Source of the DNA: Lama guanicoe
Lineage: Eukaryota
Reading direction: 5' to 3'
DNA length: 64,000 nt
Assembly: GCA_013239625.1 (NCBI GenBank)
Contig: MU054220.1
Coordinates: 5,874,626 to 5,938,625 of the forward strand
Part shown: one piece after another, positions 13,646 to 26,680 of the stretch
Layout: each line of letters starts with the position of its first letter
Position numbering within the stretch: the stretch's first letter is position 1
Notes under the pieces: generated by a model
Seen by the model: the letters and a program-made list of their open reading frames with translations, nothing else
Told to the model about the DNA's origin: nothing
Databases searched by the model: none
Position numbers and translations under genes: made by a program

Positions 13646-14015
13646 TAAACCATCTGCAGGTGCATTCTTCTGAAATCACATAGCCCTTTTACATTGCTTA
13701 TCTGATATTGCTCATATATCCTCACTTTGTATATTACTTATTTGGTTAGTTTATTCCCATAGTTACCTTATAAAGTCCTTCAGAGAAGATAGCATGTCTT
13801 AGGGAAAAAATATACAAATAGTTCATGTACAATCATGATCGAATAAACAGATAAATTAATTAACGCCTTAAATTTATACCAGATACTAAGTTCTGCTGAG
13901 CTACGCAATACCATCATTTTCAAGGTAATTACTTATCACGTAAGCACAGCACAGAGCCTTGGAGAATAATGTGAATGCTGGATACAAAAACCTCATTTAA
14001 AAGTTCTTTTCTTCC

Positions 14016-14384
14016 TGTATTAGTTCTCTAGGGCTGCCAGAATGAAATATCATAGACAGGGTGAGTTAAACAGCAGAAGTGTATTTTCTCACAGTTCCAG
14101 AGGCGAGAAGTCTGAGATCAGGGTGCTGGCAGGTTTGCTTTCTTCTGGAGCCTTTCCTTTTGGTTTGCAGATGGCTGCCTTCTCCCTGTGTCTTGCCTCT
14201 GTGCCTGAGTGCTCTCTGTGTGTCCAGATCTCCTCAGATTAGATTGGGGCCCGCCCTGACAGCCTCCTTTTAATGTAACTGCTTCTTTAAAGACATTATC
14301 TCCAAATACAGTGACATTCTAAGGTCCTGGGGTTAGGAGTGCAACATATGAATGGGGGCAGGGGGTACAAATCAACCCAGAACA
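14016..14384 (-). mobile_element. MaLR solo LTR, MLT1A0/MLT1B-like
   Basis: TGTATTAGTTCTCTAGGGCTGCC ... TTCTCACAGTTCCAGAGGCGAGAAGTCTGAGATCAGGGTG ... TCTCCAAATACAGTGACATTCT ... CAACCCAGAACA. Confidence 0.9.
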
Positions 14385-15248
14385 CTGTGTCCTTTCCCTC
14401 TTTGTCCTGAATAAGCTTGTTAATTAACTGCAGAGACTTGAGAGAGTAACTTGCTGACCATCTCTCTCGGTTGTGTACTTGTGTGTGTATCTGTGCAGTT
14501 GAGCATTCTTAAAACAGACACCTAAGCACCCTGTGGATGTGGGACATTCCAAATGGAAAAGCGAGAAAAATACACAAGACTGTTGTGCTTGCATGAAGTC
14601 ACTAGTGTATTTCTTCAGACTTCTGGCAAGCTACATACATGATTTAGGAAAGGGATTTGCACTGAAGGTACTATAAAAACAGTCTTCTCTGGGGGATATT
14701 TAAAAACTTCAGGATGTTATGCATTTTACACTTGAAAACTTATGTCAGGAAATTTTGCTTCTCTCCAAGGACAAAATCTCAAGTGATAGTTGACGTTTGT
14801 TTACCTTTAATCCTTTTTTTATTTTTATTTTTTTCCTTTTTGCCTTGAGGTGGACTGTGTTTCCAGCTGACAGACCTTTATGTCTCTTCTTTGGAATTAC
14901 ATTTCACACAACCCCCTGAATCACCTCAGAAAATTACCACGATTAATCAATGAAGACCATAGAAATGAAAGAATAACCACCTGTCTGTAGTCAGTTTCCT
15001 TTGATGCAGTACATACACAAGTGAACTAGAGATTCATGAGTTTGAAAGCTAAACTCGATTAGAAGCTGAACTTTTTTTACATAAGGAGCTGTTTCATCTT
15101 TATGTTTAGAGCTCTGCTCAACAGAAATTTGTTCAAGGTATATGGCAAAAGAACTAATTAGAATTAATAATGGCACGATAAAAATTATTTTTAGAGAGAC
15201 TTGCAGTATTAGTATAGACACACTATTTTATGGAGTTTTTAATGAGTG

Positions 15249-15899
15249 TGTTACTGAACCAGACTTGGGTCTGTTGGCCCCTGTGCAGTAAAGCCAAGCC
15301 ACTGACCCTGGGCTGTGGTGAAGGAAAGTGCAGCATTTATTGTACGGTGCCAAACAAGGAGTCTGGGGAAGCTAATGCTTAAAAAAACTCCTAATGGGCT
15401 TCAGGGAAGCAGTTTTTAAAGGCAAGCTGAGGGAGAGGAGTCTCAGGGTGTGTGATCAGCTTGTGCACAGTTCTCAGGCAGTGAGGTAACAGGGCGATGT
15501 CACAGGGTTAACATTATCGATTTTCAGGCACATGGGGATGATGTGCTCATGGTCATCAAGCAGTTGCCTTCTTTCCATTGGTGGAAGTTCTAGCGTCTAT
15601 GAAACAACTCGGGACGTGTGTATCAGGTACTGTTATCTAGGTCCTTCTGGGAGGAACTAAAGACTCTGTGACTGCCATGTGGCTGATCTACTGTTTAAAT
15701 TGTTACAAGCTTTCCCGGCCCCACTGCTACATCGGTCACTACATGTTCACATCTTTTGCATCGTTAATTCTTGAGCCAGACTTTTGTGACTCAGGAGAGG
15801 CCTGGGAGATTACAGCTTTTCTACCGAGAAGAAGCAGACAGAGGACAGGAGGGGAGGGGTCTGTCCCGGGAAGGCCCCATAGGGTCCTGCTTGGTTACA
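15249..15899 (-). mobile_element. Solo ERV1-class LTR with intact 4-bp TSD (AGTG)
   Basis: TGTTAC...GTTACA termini. AGTG flanks both sides (15245-15248 and 15900-15903). Minus-strand AATAAA at 15336-15341. Confidence 0.85.
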
Positions 15900-15922
15900 A
15901 GTGGAAGTTTTGAGTAGCGTTT

Positions 15923-16504
15923 TGAAGGATACCAGAATATGCCACCCCAAAATATGCCTTCTTGGCCTATGGATTATTTTGAACTAAAGGCCATTGAGAA
16001 CCAGCAGAAGCAAGAAGAGCTCTAAAAACAAGGCACATTTTTGTTTTTTTTCCTTTTGTAAAGGAAATCTACATAGGAGATTTACATTTTAAAAAGAAAT
16101 TTACATTTGTAAAGCTGTCTCCCTCTCTCATACCAAGAAGAAGGTTCTTAATAACTCTTACCGGTGGAGAAGGCACCAGTTTAAATCTGCATAGCAAATC
16201 TTACTAAACAAACCTCATTTACCATACTTTTCCTGATCACCTTCCCGTCATTTTCTCCCCTTCCCAGAAGCTGAAACCTTTTTCCCTTTGTTTAACCTAA
16301 GGCAGTAGGTATATAAGCCCCAATTCGAACCACCCTTTTGAGTTACTCATTTCTGGGTGCTCCCATGTGTACACACTCAATGTACATGTTAATAAACGTC
16401 TGTCCGTCTTTCTCTTGTTAATTTTTCACCAGTCTAATTCACAGCATCACAGCTGGAGAATCTAAGACAAGTGGAGGGAAAAAAATTTTTTTCCTCCCTT
16501 AACA
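15923..16504 (+). mobile_element. ERV1 solo LTR, MER34-like
   Basis: TGAAGGATACCAGAATATGCCACCCCAAAATATGCC start typical of MER34. TATA-like TATATAAG at about 16310, AATAAA at 16391-16396, end TTTTTCCTCCCTTAACA. Confidence 0.85.
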
Positions 16505-17732
16505 ATATTATAACCACCTCAGTAACAGAAGTTCAACTGCTGGTGATTAGGGATTTTAGCAAATGAAAATAAAAGAACTGCTCACTTCCAAAATGTTCAA
16601 ACATATTTTTCATCCCAATAAATAAGGACTTTGTGAGAGTTATACTTAAAAGTCCCTTTCTAAATTTCCTAGAATAACTGGGAAAGCAATCAGCAATCAC
16701 AGGAGAGAAAGAGAGAGATCACCATACCATTGTACATAGGTTAATGGTGTTTCATTGTTTACCTATTTGAGGTTGCCTTTTATGATCACTGTTGCCCATC
16801 TTTAGATGCCATCTGGTTCCTTCTAGGTTTCTAACAGTAGCAGCTTTATAGAGCACATATCAGAATTTTATTAAAATACTTAGATGAAATCCAAGGAAGA
16901 TTTTTTTTTAATGTTTTCACTTCATCAGAGGTTTCCTGATATTACCAAGTTTGAGTACAGCCGGAACTATAAACCATTTGGCCCCTCATTTGGGTGCAGT
17001 GTTCTTCCACGCCTAAGTTTCAAGACTGTGTCCTCCATTAACTTCTTGAATTGTGATACAATGCAACTCTGTAAAAACACTGAAATAGCAGTTTCTCACC
17101 TTTAATTGAGTGAGAAGCCATTTGGAGAATCCTAAAAAGCTATGGAACTCCTCTCTAGGAAAATGCATATAGGAATTTACATGCACGTTTGCACACAAGT
17201 TCAGGATTATGACTGTCTGATATTCTTTCACTGATTTCAAGGGTTTTTTTTTAATTGCATCATAATAAATTAATTTGGACATAAGACTTTTCTAGAATGA
17301 CTCTTAGTCTTGGTTTGTGTAACTCCAAGAGAGCATTTCTGCTTAGTTTTGTTAAATTTAACAAAAAGTAATTACACTTACCCATAAGAATAGACAAACT
17401 AATCTATGTCCTAAGTCTAATGCAAAGTATTTTAGTTTGAAGTCATTGATAGAAAAGCCCTAAATTCAGGTCATCCAGTCTAATGTAATCACGGGTATTT
17501 ATTGTAAAAATAGTCATGTGAAAAACTGAATACCGTCAATATGTACCTCAATAAAAATACATAACTTCCCACTTAGATATTTATATTCTGGTAAATTGTG
17601 ACCCTTAGGTAAGGCATTAATGGTGACCAGATGATTTTATATTACCATACATCAAATGCTATTTTATACGGAGAACTGGTTCAGTAACTGGGGAAAGAAA
17701 AAATTGTTTGATATGATCTAAGGATTTGCAGG

Positions 17733-18180
17733 TGTTGACTTAAAGATAAAATGCACAATATAAGAGTTGTGACTTTGAATTTTATTTAAATTCAAGGACC
17801 ATAGTTCAGGAGACAGCCACTCAGTAGCTCTGAGGAAATTGCTCCAAAGAGGTAGGGGAGGAAGCTATTTCATGTATGATCTTCGGGCAGGGAATACATC
17901 TTGGTAAAAGATTACCACTAGTCACATAGAACAGATATCTCAGGCTAATTATTTTAATGCTTTTCTAGTAGGAAAAGGTGCAAGAATCTGAGTTCATTAA
18001 AATTCTTCCTGAGATACACGTCTAACTGTCTATGGGGCCCGTTTTTCCAGTGCACAGAGTGCTCCATCCTGGTTTTCATCCTGAGTCCCTCTCGGGGTGC
18101 ACTGTTAGGTCAGCAACTGCACGGGTTCTAGTTGTTATAGATCCGGGTGGTGAGCTGCACTCTGTTCTTCTTTGTTTACA
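17733..18180 (-). mobile_element. ERV1 solo LTR (cetartiodactyl MER41-like)
   Basis: TGTTGACT...GTTTACA termini. GGAGACAGCCACTCAGTAGCTCTGAGGAAATTGCTCCAAAGAGGTAGGGGAG block as in artiodactyl MER41-type LTRs. Minus-strand AATAAA near 17780. No TSD retained. Confidence 0.75.
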
Positions 18181-18284
18181 TGGATATTATAATCAAGATA
18201 AAATCAACACAGAAATCAAGTAGGGAATAATTATGTATATCGTGTTGTGGAGTAGCTAGAAAAATCTTTTCAAAAAAGAAAGTC

Positions 18285-18585
18285 ATAAAGACATAGAAAA
18301 CAAGCTGTGGTTACCAAAGGGGAAGGGGGAGAGGGATAAATTAGGAGTTTGAGATTAACATATACATACTACCACATATAAAATAGATAACAAGGACCTA
18401 CTGTACAGCACAGGGAACTATATTCACTATCTTATAGTAACCTATAATGGAAAAGAGTCTGAAAAAGAACATATATATCTATATATATATAGAGATAGAT
18501 AGATAGATAGATAACTGAATCACTTTGCTGTATACCTGAAACTAACCTGTAACACTAACACAGCATTGTAATAAATATTTTCAGT
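18285..18585 (+). mobile_element. Cetartiodactyl-type LINE-1 3' UTR fragment with internal (TA)n/(GATA)n microsatellite
   Basis: GACATAGAAAACAAGCTGTGGTTACCAAAGGGGAA...GGGATAAATTAGGAGTTTGAGATTAACA...CCTACTGTACAGCACAGGGAACTATATTCA...AACTGAATCACTTTGCTGTATACCTGAAACTAAC. Confidence 0.85.
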
Positions 18586-18619
18586 CACAACTAAATCTTG
18601 ATTAAAAACAACTGTCTGC

Positions 18620-18998
18620 TCATATCAGTCTGCTCACACTGCCATAATTAAGTACTGCAGACTCAGTGGCTTAAACAATGGGAATTTATTTTCTCATAGG
18701 TCCAGAGAATAGAAGTCCAAGACCAAAGTGCCAGCAGTGCTGGTTTTGGTGAGGACCCTCCACTGGGGTTTAGACCACCAGCATCTTGCTGTCCACTCAC
18801 CTCTTTGTGCACAGATGGAGAGAGAGCTTTGATGTCCCTTCTGATGAGGACACTAATCATATCAGGTCAGGTCTCCACCCTTATGACCTCATTGAACCTT
18901 AATTACTTTCTTAGATGTCCCATCTCCAGATACAGCCACCCTGTGATTTAGGGCTTCAAGGTATGAGTTTTGGGGACACAGACGCTTAGTCCATAACA
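18620..18998 (-). mobile_element. MaLR solo LTR, MLT1A-like
   Basis: CTGCCATAA...GTGGCTTAAACAATGGGAATTTATTTTCTCA...AGAAGTCCAAGACCAAAGTGCCAGCA...CCACCCTTATGACCTCATTGAACCTTAATTAC...AGTCCATAACA. Confidence 0.85.
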
Positions 18999-19099
18999 CT
19001 ACTTTTAAGCAAATAAAACTGAAAGAAATAAGAGAGAGCTGAAGAGATAGAAAATGTACAACACTTTTCAAAGGTGTAAAGAGTAATAAATATGTCAAA

Positions 19100-20620
19100 C
19101 TTTTGTTTCTCCAAATGTGGGGAAACAAAATGCAAATTGGAGAGAGGGAATGTTTGAATAATGCTTGAGAATACCCCTGAATTTTTTTTTAAAGTAGCAC
19201 CTCAAATTTGAGCACTCTCAAAGAAATGTCATTCAGACTAGATTATTAAGAATACACCATCAAATAAGAACACAAATACATAAATTAGAGTGAAAACTAA
19301 AAACATCAAAAATAAGTGAAGATTTGGGGGGGAAAAAAACTCCAGAAAACAGCAGCAGATTATATACCGAGACACGGGAATCAGGTTAACATCAGCATTT
19401 ATCATCAACCACATGGCTGCAAGAAGACAGGGAAGTAGAAATTTTAAATTATCAAAAAAAAAAAANNNNNNNNNNNNNNNNNNNNNNNNNNNNNNNNNNN
19501 NNNNNNNNNNNNAAAAAAAAAAAAACAGAAGAAGAAGAAGAACTAAGAAATTTGGGCATAGAATTATATATCAACCTAAATTATTATTTGAATGTGAAAG
19601 TGAAATAAAGATAGTGTCAAAATTTATAAGGCCTGCAGGGCTCACTGTCAGGGGCGGTGGTGGTGGATTGATGGTGGCAACATCCTTTGTTTACTGGTAT
19701 GACAGGCAGCGTTTTTTATTCACACATTTATAGTAATAACAATATACTCATCTAACCTATATGACAATAACTAATGATACTGGGATGGAGGCAAGAAATG
19801 GAAAAATCAACTTTTTAGTAAAAGCCTTTCTAGCACAGTTCTTTCAGAAACTGATAAAGCAGAGAGAAAATAAAGTCCAGACTGTTTGAATATCGTGATT
19901 AATAAAATTTCCCTCTCTCTTTACCAAATAGTCGGTAAATGCTCTCTTAAAGCATGGAACAGAATCAATACAGTAACACTATGATCTCTGACTACAGTGA
20001 AATAAAACTTGAAATGAAGAGAAAAGGAAATAGTTTACAAAAACTATGTAGCTGGAAATGCTAAAAATCTACAATGAAGTAACCTTTGGATTAAGAAAGA
20101 AATCATAAAGAAAATATAAAATATTTAGAACAGAAAAGAATTTAAAATAGTAATTGACAATGTTCCACTTAATTAGCAAACAAAGAAGTATAAAAGCACA
20201 ACAACAAGATATGTCTATGCTTCTATAACAGGTCAAACTTAGAAAATTATGTTAGCAAGAAGGTAGGTAAGTGAAAGAGTATAAATTGGTACAAAAATTC
20301 TGGAGATCAATTGGGTGGAACCTAATATGACCAGTGACGTTGAAACTGCTGTCTCTGGATATATAGCCACTCCTGTCATACAGATTGCAAATAAAATGTA
20401 GAGGCTTGGTGTTTTTTGTTTTGCTTTGTTTTGTTTTTTTAATGGTAGGAACCTTAGATATTCTTCATAAATGGGAAAGTAAAACGGGATGGGTACATGT
20501 CATAAGGTACTAAATCATAGTCATGATTAGACCTGCAGTAAGCAAAGTGGATATATCTTTAAAACACGGGATACATAGCACATTTTTACATAAATCAAAA
20601 ATACATACATGAATGAGATA
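19100..20620 (+). mobile_element. Highly diverged LINE-1 remnants (L1M/L1ME-like)
   Basis: A-rich sequence with L1-like blocks (AGAATTATATATCAACCTAAATTATTATTTGAATGTGAAAG; TCTCTGACTACAGTGAAATAAAACTTGAAAT; TATAAATTGGTACAAAAATTCTGGAG). Confidence 0.55.
19466..19512. other. Assembly gap (47 N) between two poly(A) runs
   Basis: Run of N flanked on both sides by A homopolymer; probably an unresolved long poly(A) tract. Confidence 0.99.
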
Positions 20621-21436
20621 ATAATTAATATTGTAAAAGACATCTATTAAGCATATTATAATAAATGCTCATGGATAGGGGGAGGAATGACATAAAAGAA
20701 GAAGGTGAAATAGAGCAGAATAAAACAAGGAAGGGGACTTTACAAGGAGCAATGATGATAATTTGCCATAAACTGATCAATAGAATTAATTCACCTCCCT
20801 AAATCTTAGGTCTAAGAATTTTAAAAAATAAAATTATAAGTGAAAAATAAATTTTAGAAGAATTAAATCTGGTTTCTGAGACAAAAAAAAATTTGAAGAT
20901 TAATAAAATAATGAACTGAGCTAAAGAAGTGGAAAAACAGATAACTGGGAAATTACTCATCACTTTAGTTTGAAGTTTTGCCTTAGATTTGCCTCAGGCA
21001 GTGAATTTTGGTAAACAGGGAAGAACTGAGGTTTTTAGGATAGAAAGATAATAAGCAAATGGAAAATATATCCAAAATTATAGTTTATTTGAACACAAAG
21101 AATATGTAATTAGGTAGATATATAAAATTTTATGCCTTTCTCCAGTACAAGTCTACAGCCCTATGACAGAAGCAGAAAAACAGGCAGATGAGAAAATTCA
21201 GAGACATAGATAAGATTTATAAAATACTCGGAGGGTAAAATTTTCTTGGTTCTAGAGAGATAAGCCATGGGTGAGAAGGAAGACTGGAATTGCAAAAAGT
21301 AGATTAAAAGTGGTAAAGTTATGGGGGGGGGAAGAAATGATACAAAGATTTGGTAATACTTCCAATAAAACAGGTTTAAAATATCTTTCAGAAAATTATT
21401 TTAAAATATTAAATATTGTGAGTGATTTGTGATTAT

Positions 21437-21800
21437 AGTAGTCAGGTTTTCCTAAGTTGTGCGGTAGTAGCAATTTCAAAATCTCATTGACTTACAAAAA
21501 CAGCAATCTGTTTCTCATTCTTGTAACAATGGTGCTGGCTCCAGGTCAACTGTTGCTCTTCTCTATTGCATATATTGTCTTTCTTCCAAGATCCAGGCTG
21601 AAGAAGGAGCCCCTATTTGAGACATGAATTTTTTGTGCTCGAGGGAAAGAGCAAGATGGCTTGCCCTTAAATCTTCAATGGTTCTTAAAGCTTGTGCTCA
21701 GTCATGCCTATGTTACATCCAATCACATCCTATTGCCAAAGTAAGTCACATAGATCAAGTCACATCAGTAGTAGAGGGGGAATGTATATTCCTCCCAGTG
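21437..21800 (-). mobile_element. MaLR LTR, MLT1J/K-like, diverged
   Basis: AAAATCTCATTGACTTACAA...TTTCTCATTC, GATCCAGGCTGAAGAAGGAGCCCCTATTTGAGACATG, ATTGCCAAAGTAAGTCACAT. Confidence 0.65.
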
Positions 21801-24800
21801 GAGAGCCAATAAATCTCACAGCAGCAGGGAAAAATTCTTCAAGCTCAGAGTCCTCTCTTACAAAGAAAGGGTGGGAAGAAAAAGCAAGACTCTTGATTCA
21901 ACTTTTATTAAAAAGTAGGCTCTCTCCTCAGTGTCTGTAGGGATGTCCACCTGTCAATTGTGAACCCTTGCTCCTTCACTCTCCAGGAACCTATTAGAAG
22001 CTAGGAGTGACAGCAGCCCAAGTAGCAGCATATTGGTACATTCATAAATTATTTATGAATGAATAAAGCCAAACAGAGGAAACAAAGAGGTAGGAGGTAA
22101 GGGGGGATGAATGGTTACTGCAAAGCTATAGAAATAGAGGAGTCAGGCACGCTCTTTCCTGGTGGCTCTCTCAGCGCTGTCAAGCAGGACACCAGCCTCA
22201 TGGAATCATGAAGGATTTTCCCTCAGCTCCAGCAGTTGATAGGACCTGACATTTTTTTCAACTTATAGTTGGTGTAGAGAGCATTATGAGTCACTAAGAC
22301 TTTTCACTTTGTCTTAATGCTATGATGATAACAGTACTATTGACAACAATAAAGTAATTACTATTGATGCAGCATCTCACTATTATGTAAATGCTCTCCT
22401 GTAGTCTAGTTTTTTTCTCAAACCAATTCAATACGGTGGGGCTGCTGGTTGTTCTCATTTTGCTCTCCTGCACCGTCCGTCCTTCCCCTTTCTATGTTCT
22501 GTTTTGCGTCCTGAGTCGGGTGAGAGTGTCTGATCTAGAAAGCCTGTTTTACTTGGAGTCCGTGGTCTCTGGTTTATAGGTGGGTTTTGCTAAGGAGATA
22601 GTAGCTAAGAGGGGAGAAAGAGAGGGAGGTCACATGATCATGGAAAAAAGCTTGATCTTTATCAAGGGGAATTTTTTTTTTTAATTCTAAGGACATCATA
22701 AGAAGTAGGCAGGGTACTTTTTCATACATCAAAGGGCCTGCCTGTAAAAGAGGAGTTATAATCCAACCCCCTCTTTCAACCAAATGGGGAAATAATTATT
22801 GGAATAAATAGACACAAAGGATTCTTCTTTCTCTGCTCCTCAGAGGTTATGCATTCTTTACTGGGAATGAAAGACATCTAAGCAAGTAGTTTATGAAGGG
22901 TCGAATGATAAAATCTCCATTCCCAGTTGCTTTGGGTGAGAATTTCCTCTACGTCCTTGCTATGCTGTCCCCATCACTGTCATCATCAATGCCATCGATG
23001 AATGTTGTGCTATAAAGGAATGTTGTGAATTGTTCGCGTTTACTGCAACATGAAAACTTGTAAATCTGAAGCCTCCACATGTAGGGGATATTCACAGTAG
23101 TTCTCCATGACTCTTTGGCTGTATAAAACATTGACACGGCAACCCAAACCTCGACATACCTGAGCCCTATTTAGCCATCTCAGATGCCTTTGTCACACAC
23201 AAAAAGGGGGGACCTGTTCAGGTCAGCCAAAGTCTACCCAGATCATTGTTTGACTTTATCCTAAATTAATATTCGAATGGAGCCCTTGTTGTGGAATTTG
23301 CAACAACTCATTGGAGGAGTGGGGGAGGAGAGATATGCAGGACAGCCTTCTTCTCTTTCATACCAACCAAAGCACTGCAAAATAACTTCGCTCCCTCAGA
23401 CTGCTTACTCTGCATAATTAACTCTGCTCTAGGAATAGCTGTTTTATAACTGTCGCAAATCAAAGTACTGTGCCACTGAAATATTCACTTGCCAGGAGAT
23501 CCTGACATCTCATCCTTTAAATGAGTGATGTTTAAAAACAGCCTTTTCTCCTCTTCTTTTTGAAAGATTGTTTCATTGAATGGACATTCCCTTGAGTTGT
23601 ATAGAGGGAAATGCCAGTTGAATCAGCAGCACTCGTACAAAGCATAACTCCTATCACTCTGCTCCCAGGAGCTTTGGAATTTGCATGGCTTAGCCGACTG
23701 GAGGCTGTAATGACAGAACTCAGAGTGGGTTGACAGCACTGGAATGTCTAAGGATGTACTATGCTCATAGTCTTCACTTTTCAGAATTCACCTCTGAAGA
23801 GGCAGACAGTGCTTTTGAGGATGAGGCTAATAGTCCCTAATTCCTTGGGTGTTCATTGTGAAAAGCTATTACCCATGATAAGGTAATTTGCTATAATACG
23901 GATGTAATACACAATGCTGTCAAAATTTCCACTGTAATGCAGCCTTCATAAATGTCTATTACCTTTTCAGCAGCTCCTGATTCCATAGTTTGAATTAACC
24001 TTTTTGAAGATGAGTGAACATTATTCTGCACAGCACAGCAGTATAAAGCTGCCAATGGAGTCGGGGCTGAGGGAGCACTAGATAATCACATAGACCATGC
24101 CTTCATCACATGGGCACATGGTACCTTCCCAGACAGTGTGAGTCACACAGGGTATGTCTCTTAATTATTAGAAACTCAATGGCGGAATAAAACATATGCC
24201 CCTAAAAACTTGCTCATTAAATTTACTTCAATTTACTGCTATCATTAATATGTTGAGTGTATCTAGTTAGATGTTGCTGCTCTTTATGCCTCTGATGAAA
24301 GTAGAATCATTTTGTCCCATCAATTATAATCAGGAGTTATAATCAGGAATTAAGAAATTTTCTGTGCTTGAGATGCAAGATCAAGTTAATGGCAAATTAA
24401 TGTTAAGAAATTTGAGGGATTTTAACATAGGGATTTGGAACAGAAGGATTAATCTTGGAATAAAAGCAATATTGAAATGCAGATAATTAAAATCTTTTCT
24501 TTGAATTTGCAAATAGATTTGAGAAAGATGAGCCCCATGATTAAAAGCAGTAAATCTGGGCAAATGGCTTTTTTCCTTTTTTTTTTTTGCTCAAATCTCA
24601 TTCTTCATGTTCATTTGCACAGTTGACTTTTGTTCTTTTTATGCAAGAGCCCGTGTCTCATCCCCCTTACTGGACTATGAATTTAAGGTGAGAAAGTGTC
24701 ACTCACCTCTGTAGTCCCTCCAGTACCTAACATGCTGTTTTGCCCAGAGTAAGTGTTTACAACCTCTTTGTTGAATGAGACTCTGATTTAAGCGGCGGTG

Positions 24801-25409
24801 ATTTGTATTGGTTCAATACAATCTACAGTCTTAAAACGAGCAAGTAAACATTTGCTGAACTTCTTAAACACATTCCCTACTCCATATAAGGCCTCTTCTA
24901 ATTTCTTTAAGGTATATTTTCACCAGTGTTAGAATTATTGCCCATATTAGGTGGCTCAGGTTATTCTTGGCCTTATAATTATCATTCAAAGAAGGCTGCA
25001 TAAAACTTGTGCCAAGCTTGCAAAAGCTGGTTAATAAACCAGATGAAGCTTTACACACATCAATCCAACGTACCAGTATTATCCAATGTTCAATATGCAG
25101 AATATACTCCTTACATCCCATTTTTTGGAAAAAATAATTCTATGCCTGCAAAGCAAGGCAAATTGAACTGCTAAATTTGCAAATATTTGCTTGGCACTGA
25201 CATTAGATTTACTTAATGCCACGATTTAAACATATTTTATTTTAGGAGAGTCTCAACGTAAAAATAGTGAGAGAGTTTGGCCTGCTTAAATAAAATGAGA
25301 AATAAATAAACAGAGCAATGAATAATAGGAAGAAATATGACATAAATAATGTTAAGCTGTAAAGTAATTGTAAAAGTTTATAGTTATTGGGCTGAATCTA
25401 ATATGATAT

Positions 25410-25530
25410 TAATTTTCAACTGGCATTTCAAATGCTGTCCTAATTAATCAATTGGTAATTGCAGCTATGATTACCAGCTGTGATTGTGATTAATTGCCAA
25501 TTTTGATTGATCCTCCAATAATTCTGGCAT
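25410..25530. repeat. Nested imperfect palindrome; probable ancient conserved repeat (MER135-like)
   Basis: Inverted repeats are seen directly: GCATTT-C-AAATGC (25423-25435); TGGTAAT...ATTACCA (25453-25476); AATCAATTGGTAATT (25446-25460) versus AATTGCCAATTTTGATT (25492-25508). The family name is from recall only. Confidence 0.55.
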
Positions 25531-26449
25531 GTTCTTCAATATAGAATCTCTGCTACATTAAGTAGGATTTGGGAGGCAGGGTTATTAAAAGCAAATGATC
25601 AAGCCCTTCCCTCTCATTATGGATCTGTCCTCGGGGGACAAGATTTGTGGTGGCGGAATCATGGATAGATTCACAGTAGGGGAAAGCCAAGAGAGGACAA
25701 CATTATGCCAGAGATTATTTTAATAAAATAGACTCATTGTGGAGATGGAGTGCACATTTCATAATGATTCATTTACTTCCGGCTTACATTCATCACACCC
25801 CCTACTAGTTGAGCTGCCTTTCATTATAATAGTCTGATCTCTTTAGCCCAGCCCAGCCCAGCCACTACCTTTTTCAGCTCTATGGGCAGTGAAAATAAAT
25901 ATCTCTGTGCTTTTCCAACTGTCACATAGCAAAGTGGTCCATTATTTAGTTCTGTAGGCAAGTACCACGAACCTCGGGTCACAAGCAGAGGAAGTATTTC
26001 TGGGATTACATCATCAATGAGAGAGCCTTCAAAGCCATTTCCTCTAATATGCCATTCACCTGATGCCACATTAACAGGGAGCAGGGGCACTTCTGCAACC
26101 TAAAAGGGTGGCGTGTTACCACGAGGGCTCCCCGATCCACAGAGAACTTCTCTCTGCGGAGCCTTGTTCTTCAGGTGAAAGCAGTGATTTCAGGAAGGTG
26201 AGCTTTTTTGGAACATACGGAAAATCAGACTCATTTCCAATGAATAAGAAAAGAACCAGAATATATGCACCCCAAGGGAAGAGTACAGGGCTTTTATGCT
26301 CTGCTGCAGCCTGAGTACTTTTTAAAGTCCCTACACCAGGTAGGAGATCCAATAAATAACGAATGAATGAAAGAAGGAACGAATGAACACTTGCACACGC
26401 TCCCAAGGGTTGAGGCTTGGCAGGTATTGAAAACTGACTCAATATACAC

Positions 26450-26680
26450 AATTATGTATTGCATCACTTACATTAGATTGCACTCTATACATTTAATCCT
26501 TTAACAGCCCTGTGAGGGAGGCACTATTATTAACCCTTATTTAGAAACGTGGAAACCTAACGCCGGAGCTGTAAGTTAGATAGTTAAATGCACATAACTG
26601 ATCATTGACAGCTGAACAACGGACTTGATGCTAAGCTCACTACAGCTCCAAAGCTCCTGCTTTCAACTATTACGATACTC
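26450..26680 (-). mobile_element. MIR SINE
   Basis: CATTTAATCCTTTAACAGCCCTGTGAGGGAGGCACTATTATTAACCCTTATTTAGAAACGTGGAAAC core. Confidence 0.75.

Noticed and set aside
19413..19733. 106-aa ORF with a basic poly-K/R stretch
   Set aside because: It spans the N gap and poly(A) runs; an assembly/low-complexity artefact.
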